Program-made: the position numbers and the translations under genes | The notes under the pieces: model-generated | Told to the model about the DNA's origin: nothing | What the model saw: only the letters and a program-made list of their open reading frames with translations | Databases searched by the model: none | Shown here: positions 32,049 through 42,244 of the stretch, piece after piece | Position numbering within the stretch: the first letter of the stretch is position 1 | Layout: each line of letters starts with the position of its first letter | Assembly: GCA_965205505.1 (NCBI GenBank) | Contig: CBDBHB010000009.1 | Location: 32,001 to 96,000, forward strand | Length of the DNA stretch: 64,000 nucleotides | From: Acidobacteriota bacterium | Lineage (GTDB): Bacteria; Acidobacteriota; UBA890; WLXD01 | Reading direction: 5' to 3'

Positions 32049-32229
32049 GCGTATCCGGGGCTTCGGCCCCGGCCTCATTGAAGCGGCAACACGAAGGCGC
32101 TCATGTTCCGCAGCAAGCCCGGCGTATCCGGGGCTTCGGCCCCAGCCTCATTGAGGCCTAATCGCCGCTGCTGACGCGGTCGGCATCATCCGGGCGTATC
32201 CGGGGCTTCGGCCCCGGCCTCATTGAAGC
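32049..32229. CRISPR. Orphan CRISPR mini-array, 3 x 36-bp repeats and 2 spacers (type I-G/I-U-like repeat)
   Basis: GCGTATCCGGGGCTTCGGCCCCGGCCTCATTGAAGC at 32049, 32122 (2 mismatches) and 32194. Spacers are 37 and 36 bp. The repeat has an internal hairpin and an ATTGAAGC end. Confidence 0.85.
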
Positions 32230-32269
32230 TCCTCAACGATGGATCGTGGTGTGCGCCTGAACGGGCGCG

Positions 32270-32386
32270 GCAAGGGCTCCCAGTCGCTGGACCTGCAGCG
32301 CGACGCCCTCGGGGCCGCGGGCGTCGACGCCGGCCACGTCTACCACGATTTCGCGTCCGGCGTCCGCTGAAACGACCGCCCGGGAC
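32270..32386 (+). pseudogene. Serine resolvase/invertase N-terminal fragment
   Basis: GSQSLDLQRDAL.AAGV....YHDFASG...RPG, disrupted. Confidence 0.7.
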
Positions 32387-32525
32387 TGACCTGCCCCAAC
32401 TGTTTGGGCCACTTCGTAACTCATAGAATTGGTGCTGGCAAGAGGTTGTTGGAGCCGACGGAGCGGAGCGTAGCCGGCTGCAACAACATCGCCTCGGGTG
32501 CAGGCGGCCGATACCTCAACGAGCT
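32387..32525 (-). mobile_element. IS3-A-like right-end fragment
   Basis: IRR TGACCTGCCCCAA plus the end of orfB. Confidence 0.85.
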
Positions 32526-32576
32526 TGACCTGCTCCCCGAAAACTGATCCGACGCGAGTGTGAGTTCTCCAGGCTA
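32526..32576. mobile_element. 51-bp terminal stub of another IS3-family element
   Basis: TGACCTGCTCCCCGAAAACTGATCCG..., followed by the IS3-B IRR. Confidence 0.7.
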
Positions 32577-33797
32577 TGACCCCACCCCGAAATCAGTACC
32601 AGTCAGAGGTTTAGGATTCGGTGTTCCGAAGCCTCCGGTTGCCAGCCCCTGGCGAACTCCGTAGGAGTTCGATCGTTCAGTGAGCTGTGTGGTCTGTGGG
32701 TATTGTAATCAAGCCTCCAAGCCTCCAGTTTTCGGCGCGCGTCATCGATCGAGAAGAACAGGTTGGCGTTGAGGCATTCGTCGCGAAGCCGTCCGTTGAA
32801 ACTCTCGATGAACGCATTCTCCACGGGCTTTCCCGGCCGAATGAACTCCAACTGCACGCCTCTTCGGTACGCCCAGGAGTCCATCGCCTGGGAGTAGAAT
32901 TCTGAGCCATTGTCGACGGTGATGACCCGTGGCAACGGCCCGGCAAACGACAGCCGCTCGAGTGCTCCAGCCACCGCCTTGCCGGTCATCGACACGCCCG
33001 GCTCAAGTAACGGACATTCACGGCTAAACTGATCGACCACCGTCAGCACCCGAAACGGCCGGCCACTCTCGAGCCGATCGGTCACGAAGTCCATGCTCCA
33101 GCGCTCGTTGGGCCGCTCTGCGGGCGGCAGCACAAGCCGTATGTGACTCGCCCGCTTGCGCCGTCGCTTCTTGGTCCGTACCTCCAGCCCCTCCTCTCGA
33201 TAGATCCGATACACGCGCTTCTGGTTCACTACCCATCCCTCGCGGCGTAGCAACACGCACAACCTCCGATACCCGAACCGCGGACGCGCCGCGGCGAGCT
33301 CGCCAAGACGACGCCGCAGCACGGGGTCGTCCGTCCTTGTGCTCTGATACCGATGGCTGGTGCGCGACAACTCGATCAGCCGACACGCTCGACGCTCACT
33401 GACACGGAACCCGTCCTGCAGGTACCGCACCACCTCGCGCTTGCGCGCCGGCTTTACACCTTTTTTGACAGCACCTCCTGGAGCATGTGCTTGTCCAAGC
33501 TCAGATCTGCCACCAGCTGCTTCAACTTCCGGTTCTCATGGCGGAGTTGTCGTAGCTCCCGAAGTTCGGCCACGCCCATCCCGGCGAACTTGCGGCGCCA
33601 CGTGTACAACGTCTGCTCGCTGACGCCCAGCTTGCGACACACCTCCTTGATCGGCGTGCCCGCCTCAGCCTGCCGCAGCGCGTAGGCGATCTGCTCGTCC
33701 GTGTACCTCTTCCGCTTCATCTGTCCTCCTGCTTGGAGGACGACGGTACACCGATTTCCTAAACATCAACCTGGCACCGTTTTCGGGGTTTGGGTCA
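32577..33797 (-). mobile_element. IS3-B copy 2 (orfA 33454..33720, orfB 32603..~33450)
   Basis: 1221 bp with both IRs and intact ORFs. Confidence 0.95.
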
Positions 33798-34287
33798 GCT
33801 CTCAGGAAGGCTCGGGAAGGGGGACAAATGGCCCGGAAGCGATACACGGTAGAGCAGATCATCGCCAAGCTCAGGGAGGCAGAGATCGAGCTGGCGCAAG
33901 GAGCCAAGACGCCACAGGCGTGCCGGAAGCTGGGCATCAGCGAGAACACGTACTACCGGTGGCGTAAGGAATACGGCAGGCTGAGGGTGGATCAGGCACG
34001 GCGACTCAAGGAGCTGGAGCGCGAGAACGGGCGGCTCAAGAAGCTGCTGGCGGAGACGATGCTCGACAACGCCATCCTCAAAGAGGTGTCGTCGGGAAAC
34101 TTCTGAGCCCGGCTGGCGCCGCAAATACAACCAGGTGCGGCCCCATAGCTCGTTGGGCTATCGACCGGCTGCACCCGAAGCGACGTTGTTGCAGCCGGGC
34201 TACGCTCCGCTTCGCCAGCTCCAACAACCTCTTGCCAGTACCGATTCTATGAGTTACGAAGTGGCCCAAACACTTGGGGCAGGTCAA
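33798..34287 (+). mobile_element. Internally deleted IS3-A with intact orfA (33828..34106)
   Basis: Starts at IS3-A position 48. Most of orfB is deleted at about 34111 and the IRR is present. Confidence 0.88.
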
Positions 34288-34464
34288 GCAGTGACGATGG
34301 GTTTGTTGCCGGCAGTTACGACTTACTTCGCACTGTGGCGCCTTACCTCAGTTAGTCAGCTTGTTGTCCTTGTCGCGACACTCATCGTGCCTGTCATCGG
34401 CTTTGTATCGTGGTGGGCGGCGTACAGGGGCGCGCATTCCGGAAGATGACGTTTCTTCGAGATG

Positions 34465-34658
34465 GCGTGCCTGCGAGCAAGCCGGCTTGTCCAGACAAGC
34501 TGGTTCACGACCTCAGGCGTTCGGCGGTCCGGAACTTGGTCGCGCCGGGGTGCCCGGACACACGGCCATGCAGAATCACCGGGCACAAGGACAGCGGCGT
34601 CTTCGACCGATACGACATCGTCAACGAGGAGGACATAGCGCTCGGCCTATCGCGATGA
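34465..34658 (+). pseudogene. Tyrosine recombinase C-terminal fragment
   Basis: HDLRRSAVRNL...ITGHK...VFDRY. Confidence 0.8.
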
Positions 34659-34748
34659 TTAGGCCCGAACGCGCCCCGGGGGAACGTCGGCGCTCCGGGC
34701 GGGTCGTCCGGCAGAGGGCTCCATGGCCCGGGGCGCATCGACGGTTTC

Positions 34749-36002
34749 CTAGTCCGCGCCGTCAGAATGGGCGCCGAGCATCCGTTGGGAAATCGCGCGA
34801 TCGACAAGACTGCGAATGATACCAGCCATGTTCCGTAGCTCGATCTGCTGGCTGAACCTGACGGGACCCATTTCGAGAAACAGCTTGCCAAGCACTTCGT
34901 CTGCGAAACTGCTGGACACGATGGGTACGTGTTCGAAGTCCACAACGATGCGGCTCCCTGGGTGCATGGTCATCAGGTTTTGCAGCTTTGTTCGCAACGG
35001 TCGTCCCGCCACGCGGCTCGAGAAAGAACTAGCTTGATCTTTGATTCGGACGAGCAAGTGAGAGCCGTCGGCCGACTCGAACCGTTCCATGTAGTCGACT
35101 GGGCGGTGTCGTTGGCCGTCGAACTCCAGCGCCTGCGCTAGGAGTTTTGGATTGGAGCAGTCCATGGCTGCGACGACAAGCGTACCGTTCACAGGGATCT
35201 GTTCGTTGCCGACGTGCAGTTCGCTCTTGCGCCAGTCGAGCCTTCCGTGTCGTGAATGGACGTGCAAGTAGCCATCCCCCACCCGGACCACCTGGAAAGT
35301 ACCGAATAGCCCATTTCCCTGGCCTATCGCGGGATCTCGGGTGACGCCTTCTCGAATCGCGCGATCCAGAGCGTCGGGATCTGAGGTGATCTCGGCGTGT
35401 CCTGCTCTGAGCGTCTTCGGAATGCTGACGCCGCCGTCTGCCACTACGAACTCGACCTGGCGGCTTTTGCGGTTCGTGGTTAGTTGCACGAAGCCACCCG
35501 CCTTGGCCTCGGCATGGGTTAGCACATTGTCCGTGATTTCGCCGAGCGCCCATTCGATGGCCGCCAGGTCCTCCCGTTCGAGCCCAGGCACGAAGGACAG
35601 CACCGCGTCGATCATTCGGTGAACCGAACTCTGTTGGTCGGCTGCAGACTTGAAGCTGATCGCTGGTACGAATGAGAGGCCCCTGAACTTCGACTCTGGG
35701 TGACTACCGGGATCGGCCAGGTAGGCCCAGTTCGCATTTATGAAGCGATTCCGTAGTACGCTCCGACTAGGCAGGAAGAGGGTGGCCTCCAGGCCGTCGT
35801 ACCGCCGCGTTGCGACGTCCGCGATGACGGCCAACATAGGTCCTGCAAAGGTGAACGTGCACTGCTCGAAGTCCAGGACGATGTCTGGGTAGCCACGTTT
35901 TACCGCGAGGTTATGGATGGTGGCTAGAGCGCGATGGAAATCGAACATTCCGAAACGACCCGAGATCTGGATCCGGTTGCCGTCGGTTCTGATCGTGCTC
36001 AT
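34749..36002 (-). CDS. STAS-like / HATPase_c / DUF4325 domain protein
   Basis: EITDNVLTHA, VADGGVSI, GQGNGL, and C-terminal VDFEHV..VSSSFADEVLGKL. Confidence 0.8.
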   Translation of the reverse strand: MSTIRTDGNRIQISGRFGMFDFHRALATIHNLAVKRGYPDIVLDFEQCTFTFAGPMLAVIADVATRRYDGLEATLFLPSRSVLRNRFINANWAYLADPGSHPESKFRGLSFVPAISFKSAADQQSSVHRMIDAVLSFVPGLEREDLAAIEWALGEITDNVLTHAEAKAGGFVQLTTNRKSRQVEFVVADGGVSIPKTLRAGHAEITSDPDALDRAIREGVTRDPAIGQGNGLFGTFQVVRVGDGYLHVHSRHGRLDWRKSELHVGNEQIPVNGTLVVAAMDCSNPKLLAQALEFDGQRHRPVDYMERFESADGSHLLVRIKDQASSFSSRVAGRPLRTKLQNLMTMHPGSRIVVDFEHVPIVSSSFADEVLGKLFLEMGPVRFSQQIELRNMAGIIRSLVDRAISQRMLGAHSDGAD

Positions 36003-36134
36003 GCTGAAGTGTCCACACGCAGGGCGCTCCCCGGTACCTTCGGTCCAGCAGTACCGGCCGCGTCGGCGTGAGCTTCTGACCGGCGGCCCCTCGAGACTCG
36101 TGCGCGTGTACTGACTCTAAGGAAGCCGCGTAAG

Positions 36135-36217
36135 TACTGGAGGTGGGACTCGAACCCACACGGACTTGCGTCCACGGGAGTTTGAATCCCGCGCGTCGCT
36201 AATTTCGCCATTCCGGC
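36135..36217 (-). tRNA. tRNA-Leu(CAA), degenerate / probable pseudo-tRNA
   Basis: Anticodon arm CGGGA-TTCAAAC-TCCCG, long variable arm, T arm GTGGG-TTCGAGT-CCCAC. Two acceptor-stem mismatches, no GG in the D-loop, no encoded CCA. Confidence 0.75.
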
Positions 36218-36600
36218 TCAGTCCTCATTTTACCTGCGGACGTTACAGGCCGGTTTCCGCCCCTCACCAGACCCTCTGGAGCTCCTTATTCCAGAAAAAA
36301 GGACGTTACTACGGATACTAGAAGTTACTTTGAAATCTTCGTTTTCGCGGTCCTAAGCCCTGCCGTTCCAGTCACGTATCCGTTTGTTTTTCCCTGCAGA
36401 AGTCCGCCTTCAAAATCCAGTGGGCTTACGCCCATGGATTCGAATCCCTCCCGCCGTTTTTTTCGCTGGTCGGCGCGCTCGAGGTGCTGCGCGAGGCTGG
36501 TGAGCGGAGCGCCGAAGGGCCATTGACAGCGATCAACAACTAACGATGGAATGTCGGCGGATAGGGTCTCCGACTCCCAGGTCACTTCTATGAGAAGGCC

Positions 36601-36846
36601 TAGTTCGGTCAAGGGCAATGTGGTGCCCAGCGAAGAATCGATCTGCACGCCATGCTCCTATTCGCACTCTGGTGGACGAGGATTCAGGTCGTCCGGTGCA
36701 TTCTGGGGTCCGTCCCGATTCGAGGCGCTGCAATCTAGCTGCCGAGCTCGAAGCTCGTAGTGACCTTCGCAGTCGCCCGGACCGGGCGGTCAGATCGATA
36801 ACCGTTGGGTCGCGTCGCCCTACCGACCTCCTGGTTGCGGGTTAGT
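36601..36846 (-). ncRNA. Candidate bridge/seek RNA
   Basis: About 250-nt non-coding segment between the transposase stop and the IRR, the position known for IS1111-type guide RNAs. Structure not computed. Confidence 0.55.
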
Positions 36847-37893
36847 TCATGCTGCTGAAACCTCTACAGGTGCGCGCAACGGTTCGTACTCGTCTCCACT
36901 CAGCCACAGTCGGTGCAGCACAACGGCGAGCTTACGGGCGACAGCAACTGCTGCCTTTTTGTTGCCATGAGGACCACCGCGTCCGGCCAGCTTGAGCCCC
37001 CAGCGTCTGAGCTCAGTATCGGGCCCGAAGGGGCCCAGGATGTAATGCGCCGAGCCCACCAACAGGCGTCGGAGCATTTTGTCGCCCGCCTTGGTTATTC
37101 GTAGCGCAGGGTCCTTGTCCCCCGACTGCCGTTTCTTCGGTCTCAGTCCCAGGTACGGGCCCACGGCTCTGGAGGTATTGAACCGTTCCGGCTCCTCGAG
37201 CGTCAGCACATACGCCAGTGCGGTCAGAGCTCCGACCCCGGCCACTTGCTGGAGCTGCTGTGTCTCCGGGTATCGCCCCTGGCACAGCTGCACGATCTGA
37301 CGCTCGTATTGCTGGATGTTGCCCGTCAGCATGGCGATCGTTTCAAGCACCGGCTCGAGCGCTCCCTTGAGCCGCTCCGGTATGTGCTCTGGCGCGGTGC
37401 GCGCGAACGCCGGCGTCGAGCACCTGGGAATACGACAACCGGCCGACTTGACCGCACCACGCACATGGCTCACTAACTGCGTGCGGCTCTTTACCAGAGC
37501 ATCTCGGCTCCGAATCACGGCTAGATCCGCTCGCGCTTGTCTGCCTCGATGCTGCACCGTCTTAAGCAGCTTTGGGTCCATTCTGCCCACTCGTGCCAGG
37601 TGCTCGGCATCCAACCGGTCGGTCTTGTCGTGCTCGCCATAGATCAGCTTCAGCCGCCTCGGGTTAGCCACCAGCACCTCATGACCCAGTTGCTTCAACT
37701 GCTCACTCATCCACGGCGAGTGCGTTCCAACCTCCAGCACTACTCGAGCGGGCTCCTCGCACCCGAACCGCCTCGCCAGCCCCTCCGGGCTCGTCCTCAC
37801 CCGCCCTTCCTCCATCACCCTGCCCTTACTGTCGAGCACGCACATACGGCTGTACCGGTCGCTTACGTCCAGTCCAATCGTTACACTTGTCAT
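36847..37893 (-). CDS. IS110-family DEDD recombinase/transposase
   Basis: IGLDVS, VVLE, KTDRLDA, GVG.LTA, YLGL.P...QSG, VAVARKLA. Confidence 0.95.
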   Translation of the reverse strand: MTSVTIGLDVSDRYSRMCVLDSKGRVMEEGRVRTSPEGLARRFGCEEPARVVLEVGTHSPWMSEQLKQLGHEVLVANPRRLKLIYGEHDKTDRLDAEHLARVGRMDPKLLKTVQHRGRQARADLAVIRSRDALVKSRTQLVSHVRGAVKSAGCRIPRCSTPAFARTAPEHIPERLKGALEPVLETIAMLTGNIQQYERQIVQLCQGRYPETQQLQQVAGVGALTALAYVLTLEEPERFNTSRAVGPYLGLRPKKRQSGDKDPALRITKAGDKMLRRLLVGSAHYILGPFGPDTELRRWGLKLAGRGGPHGNKKAAVAVARKLAVVLHRLWLSGDEYEPLRAPVEVSAA

Positions 37894-39850
37894 CGGCCAA
37901 CCTCCTTGGGCTTCGAGCCCCGTTAACGTTGCATAAACGTTTGCAGAGCCGTCAGGCTACTGCGTTTAGGAGGTTAGCCTTCTCATCTCATCTAGACGTC
38001 TTGGGAGGCTCCACGCCCACCAGCACAAGGCAGCCGAAGGCCGGGCCCGCCCGGGAGCGCCCAGGATAGCTTCTAACGCACGCCGATTTCGGCGTGAGCC
38101 CCAAAGTTGCCCATCAGCCCCGCCGCGCGCGGCAGGCGCGAGCCTCGAGAAACACCCACACGCGATGCCCGTCGATGACGCCCCACCGTGGCCAAATTGG
38201 AGCTCGATGCTGCTGCCGCCGGCTCGTATTCCGTGTCGTCGCTGTGCCGACAAGCGCTCGGAGGGGTTCCAGCGAAAGGGCGTCGAGCTTGCGCGCGTGA
38301 CGTTGCGCTCGAGGCCGAGCACTTGAGCGCGTCGACCGGATATGCTGCGCCCTGGCACCAAGCGGAGTGTTCTTTGGCGGGTGGTAGAGGCGGCTCACTG
38401 CAAGGCCACGGGAGGTTTGTGAGATGATCGATCCGTGTCGCTCACCGGCACCTACGCCGGCACATCGAGCTTGAGCAACCGCGGCCTCGCGCTCGAGCAG
38501 TCGGATCACGCAGTCCAGGGCCTGCGCATCCTCGAACGTTCGGTGCCACCAGGCCGTCGGCAGCGTCTGGATCCGCTGGCGCTGGAGCTCGCGGTGCAAC
38601 ACGGTCGCGGGACAGCGCTTCGCAGCCTCACCTTGTGGAGTGTGGAGCGGACATCAGCGACCGCCACGGGAACGCGAGACGCTGCTGGCCCTGCTTGGGG
38701 CTGGAGCTCGCCGGGGCCGCGATCGCCTACCGCGACAACCCGACGGACGAAACCCTCGAAGCCGTGTGGAAGGTGGTGGCATTTCCAACGTCAGCGACCG
38801 CACGCGACGCATTCTCCGAGGCTGCGGTGGCCCTTGCCGACGACCACCGAAACGAGGCGCGCGCTGAAGCGTTGCGCACCGTCGCGGCCGCGTGGCGGCC
38901 GTTACCTTCGCTGCGACCGCATAAGGAGGAGGGAGCAATGGGAGAGAAGATCTTGTTGAAGCGGTGCTGTACCGCACGGACTCGTCGCAGTACGTGCTGG
39001 AGCTACGCGAGTCGACGAATGCTCTGCCGTTGACCACCGAGGAGCGATACACCCACACGGCATTCGTTGCTACGACGCAGAACGAACTAGTTGACCATCT
39101 ATAAGGACACCGGAGGCGGCAAGTTGAAGCAATCGGCGTTCGACCTACTGATCGCCGCCAATATCGACACCTTCGAGACGATCGAGTAGAGAGGGAAGAT
39201 GGTGGACGTCCACTGAAGCTTGCGGGCGGCGCTACTAGCGGTCGCGCTGCTCGGTGCGTTGCCGCGAGAGATCCGGCAGCTGATCGTGCACGACCTTAGT
39301 TCCTGGTAATCGACGAGAACGGCACCCCGCGGGCTGTCATGGACGCCGATGAGGGGATCGCCTACTTCGACGAGAACACGCAGGGGCCCATGATGAGCGC
39401 CACGGGGATCGCCTATTACGACGAGGACGGCGCCGTGATCTGGCGAGCGCCGCAGCGGTAGGGGCTACGAATGAGCGATGACAGCGGAGGCGCAGATCGA
39501 GCGCAGCTGCTGCGGCTGTGGGAGGTGCGGGAACGTCAACACGAGGCGCTCGGGCAGCTCGGCCGCGGCGACGATGTGCGATACGGCCCCGGAATCAAAG
39601 TACCTCTGCCGTGGAGTTGGAAGGGGAAGATCCGGCAAGCAAGCGGACATCCGGGGGCTCGAAGCAGATGAATTGGCTGCGCGCCGCGATAGGCTGCGCG
39701 TTGCACGCCGACGAGCTGGCCAAGGTCGAAGCGGAGCTGGCACAGGTCGAGGCGCAGCTGAAGGAAAGCTACAAGCAGCTCCGGTCCGAGAACGGTGGGT
39801 GAGCATCGAGCACCGCGGCTGCTTCGACCTAAACGCTGAGGAGGGACGAA

Positions 39851-40639
39851 ATGCCGGATCGCTATCTCGGATTCGAATGGGAAGCAGAGGGCATTCGGCG
39901 TGCGCTTGCAACGGCTGCGAAGGCGGCGCGTGGTCATGCCGTGTGGCTGTTGGTCCCGAGTCTCTCGCAGTTGCGAGGAAGCACGCTGCGGGAGGCACTC
40001 GGAGACCGCGTCGCGGACGCGCTGGCGAAGAACCAGCCGGTGCGGGTACGCGAATTCGATGTCGTACTCAGGCGGATTCTGATGAGTAGTGGTCGCTCGA
40101 AACGGAAGATGATGATGCGGTTCGAAACTAGCCCCGACGATGCGATCTTGGTTGTGTACGCGACGCAAGAAATGTTTGACGTGCTCGACGATCTAAGAGT
40201 CGCCGCTGTAATGGCTGTGGCTGCGGGCGGCTGGGAAGAGGATGCTCTCCAGTGGGCGGGAACTTGGCAGCCGCACATGTTGGACGACGAAATCGCTACC
40301 GTTCCCGGTGTCGAACTCGACCCGGTCGTTGTTGAGGGCCTCAAAAGGATTACATCCGCGAACAATCTAGAGCACCGGTCGATCCATGCTGGGCCCTACG
40401 AGAGGGCTACGGCCCAATTGCTCAAGGAGCTGCACCAGGCCGGATACCCGCTTCCCCCGAACGACATACGTGCGTGGGCCCAGCGTAACGGATGGAACCC
40501 GAGCCTAGCGGGAGACCTCGAGGCGATGGCTCGGAAGATCGCTGATGGCCGCAGGGTGAGGGGAACGGGAGGGAGGCGTGCATGGCAGCGAGGGATAGTC
40601 GCTTACCTTGAGCGTAAGGCCGCCGACAAGGATCACTAA
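39851..40639 (+). CDS. Hypothetical protein with DUF1889-like C-terminal domain
   Basis: Good RBS. C-terminal ..LLKEL..GYP....IRAWA.RNGW.P....L..MARKI.DG.R resembles DUF1889/YoaC (from memory). Confidence 0.6.
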   Translation: MPDRYLGFEWEAEGIRRALATAAKAARGHAVWLLVPSLSQLRGSTLREALGDRVADALAKNQPVRVREFDVVLRRILMSSGRSKRKMMMRFETSPDDAILVVYATQEMFDVLDDLRVAAVMAVAAGGWEEDALQWAGTWQPHMLDDEIATVPGVELDPVVVEGLKRITSANNLEHRSIHAGPYERATAQLLKELHQAGYPLPPNDIRAWAQRNGWNPSLAGDLEAMARKIADGRRVRGTGGRRAWQRGIVAYLERKAADKDH

Positions 40640-40713
40640 TGACTATCCCACTCTGATCGACGAGAGCGGGGCGTTGCACCACCGCTACCCCACTTCCTGT
40701 CCCTTTCTCAACG

Positions 40714-41934
40714 TGACCCAAACCCCGAAAACGGTGCCAGGTTGATGTTTAGGAAATCGGTGTACCGTCGTCCTCCAAGCAGGAGGACAGATGAAGCGGA
40801 AGAGGTACACGGACGAGCAGATCGCCTACGCGCTGCGGCAGGCTGAGGCGGGCACGCCGATCAAGGAGGTGTGTCGCAAGCTGGGCGTCAGCGAGCAGAC
40901 GTTGTACACGTGGCGCCGCAAGTTCGCCGGGATGGGCGTGGCCGAACTTCGGGAGCTACGACAACTCCGCCATGAGAACCGGAAGTTGAAGCAGCTGGTG
41001 GCAGATCTGAGCTTGGACAAGCACATGCTCCAGGAGGTGCTGTCAAAAAAGGTGTGAAGCCGGCGCGCAAGCGCGAGGTGGTGCGGTACCTGCAGGACGG
41101 GTTCCGTGTCAGTGAGCGTCGAGCGTGTCGGCTGATCGAGTTGTCGCGCACCAGCCATCGGTATCAGAGCACAAGGACGGACGACCCCGTGCTGCGGCGT
41201 CGTCTTGGCGAGCTCGCCGCGGCGCGTCCGCGGTTCGGGTATCGGAGGTTGTGCGTGTTGCTACGCCGCGAGGGATGGGTAGTGAACCAGAAGCGCGTGT
41301 ATCGGATCTATCGAGAGGAGGGGCTGGAGGTACGGACCAAAAAGCGACGGCGCAAGCGGGCGAGTCACATACGGCTTGTGCTGCCGCCCGCAGAGCGGCC
41401 CAACGAGCGCTGGAGCATGGACTTCGTGACCGATCGGCTCGAGAGTGGCCGGCCGTTTCGGGTGCTGACGGTGGTCGATCAGTTTAGCCGTGAATGTCCG
41501 TTACTTGAGCCGGGCGTGTCGATGACCGGCAAGGCGGTGGCTGGAGCACTCGAGCGGCTGTCGTTTGCCGGGCCGTTGCCACGGGTCATCACCGTCGACA
41601 ATGGCTCAGAATTCTACTCCCAGGCGATGGACTCCTGGGCGTACCGGAGAGGCGTGCAGTTGGAGTTCATTCGGCCGGGAAAGCCCGTGGAGAATGCGTT
41701 CATCGAGAGTTTCAACGGACGGCTTCGCGACGAATGCCTCAACGCCAACCTGTTCTTCTCGATCGATGACGCGCGCCGAAAACTGGAGGCTTGGAGGCTT
41801 GATTACAATACCCACAGACCACACAGCTCACTGAACGATCGAACTCCTACGGAGTTCGCCAGGGGCTGGCAACCGGAGGCTTCGGAACACCGAATCCTAA
41901 ACCTCTGACTGGTACTGATTTCGGGGTGGGGTCA
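40714..41934 (+). mobile_element. IS3-B copy 3 (orfA 40791..41057, orfB 41054..41908)
   Basis: 1221 bp with both IRs and intact ORFs. Confidence 0.95.
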
Positions 41935-41984
41935 AGCACCGAGTTACTGAGATAAGACGTGGTACTAACCGTGGGGTCAGGTCA
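41935..41984. mobile_element. 50-bp terminal stub of another IS3-family element
   Basis: Reverse strand reads TGACCTGACCCCACGGTTAGTACCA... and abuts the IS3-B IRR. Confidence 0.7.
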
Positions 41985-42230
41985 GAGCCACACGCGTCCT
42001 AGCCGGACTCCCGCCGCGCGAGCGGATGACGGAGTTGGTGCCAACGGCGCTGGAAGCGCTCCTCGACGCGCTGGAGGCTGGCACGGTGGCGGAGCGCATC
42101 AGGGCGGCTGCCGAGGTGCTGGACCGTGGCGGCGTGCCGCGGAGCTCGCAGGTGGAGACGAGCTTGCGGGCGGATCTCCAGCTCTCGGGAAAGGCGCTGC
42201 TGGAGCTGGCGGCGCAGTCTGCTAGCGCGT
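41985..42230 (+). pseudogene. Fragment paralogous to the TerS-like ORF at 45767
   Basis: AAEVLDRGGVPRSSQVE..SGKALLELAA versus AADSLLDRGGVPRRSEVE..SGLALLEMAA. Confidence 0.7.
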
Positions 42231-42244
42231 GTCGTGTCGCTGTA

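Larger units (their letters stand above)
36586..37993 (-). mobile_element. IS110-family, IS1111-type element
   Basis: Sub-terminal IRs ATGAGAAGGCC (36590-36600) and AGCCTTCTCAT (37976-37986), a long 3' non-coding end, and an outward TTGACC near the right end. Exact ends are uncertain by a few bp. Confidence 0.82.

Noticed and set aside
36325-36648. 107-aa ORF
   Set aside because: It starts inside the IS1111-type right end. At most it is a remnant of the interrupted target gene.
38000-39800. Several overlapping short ORFs
   Set aside because: No recognisable motifs. Probably decayed element genes, and no frame can be supported.
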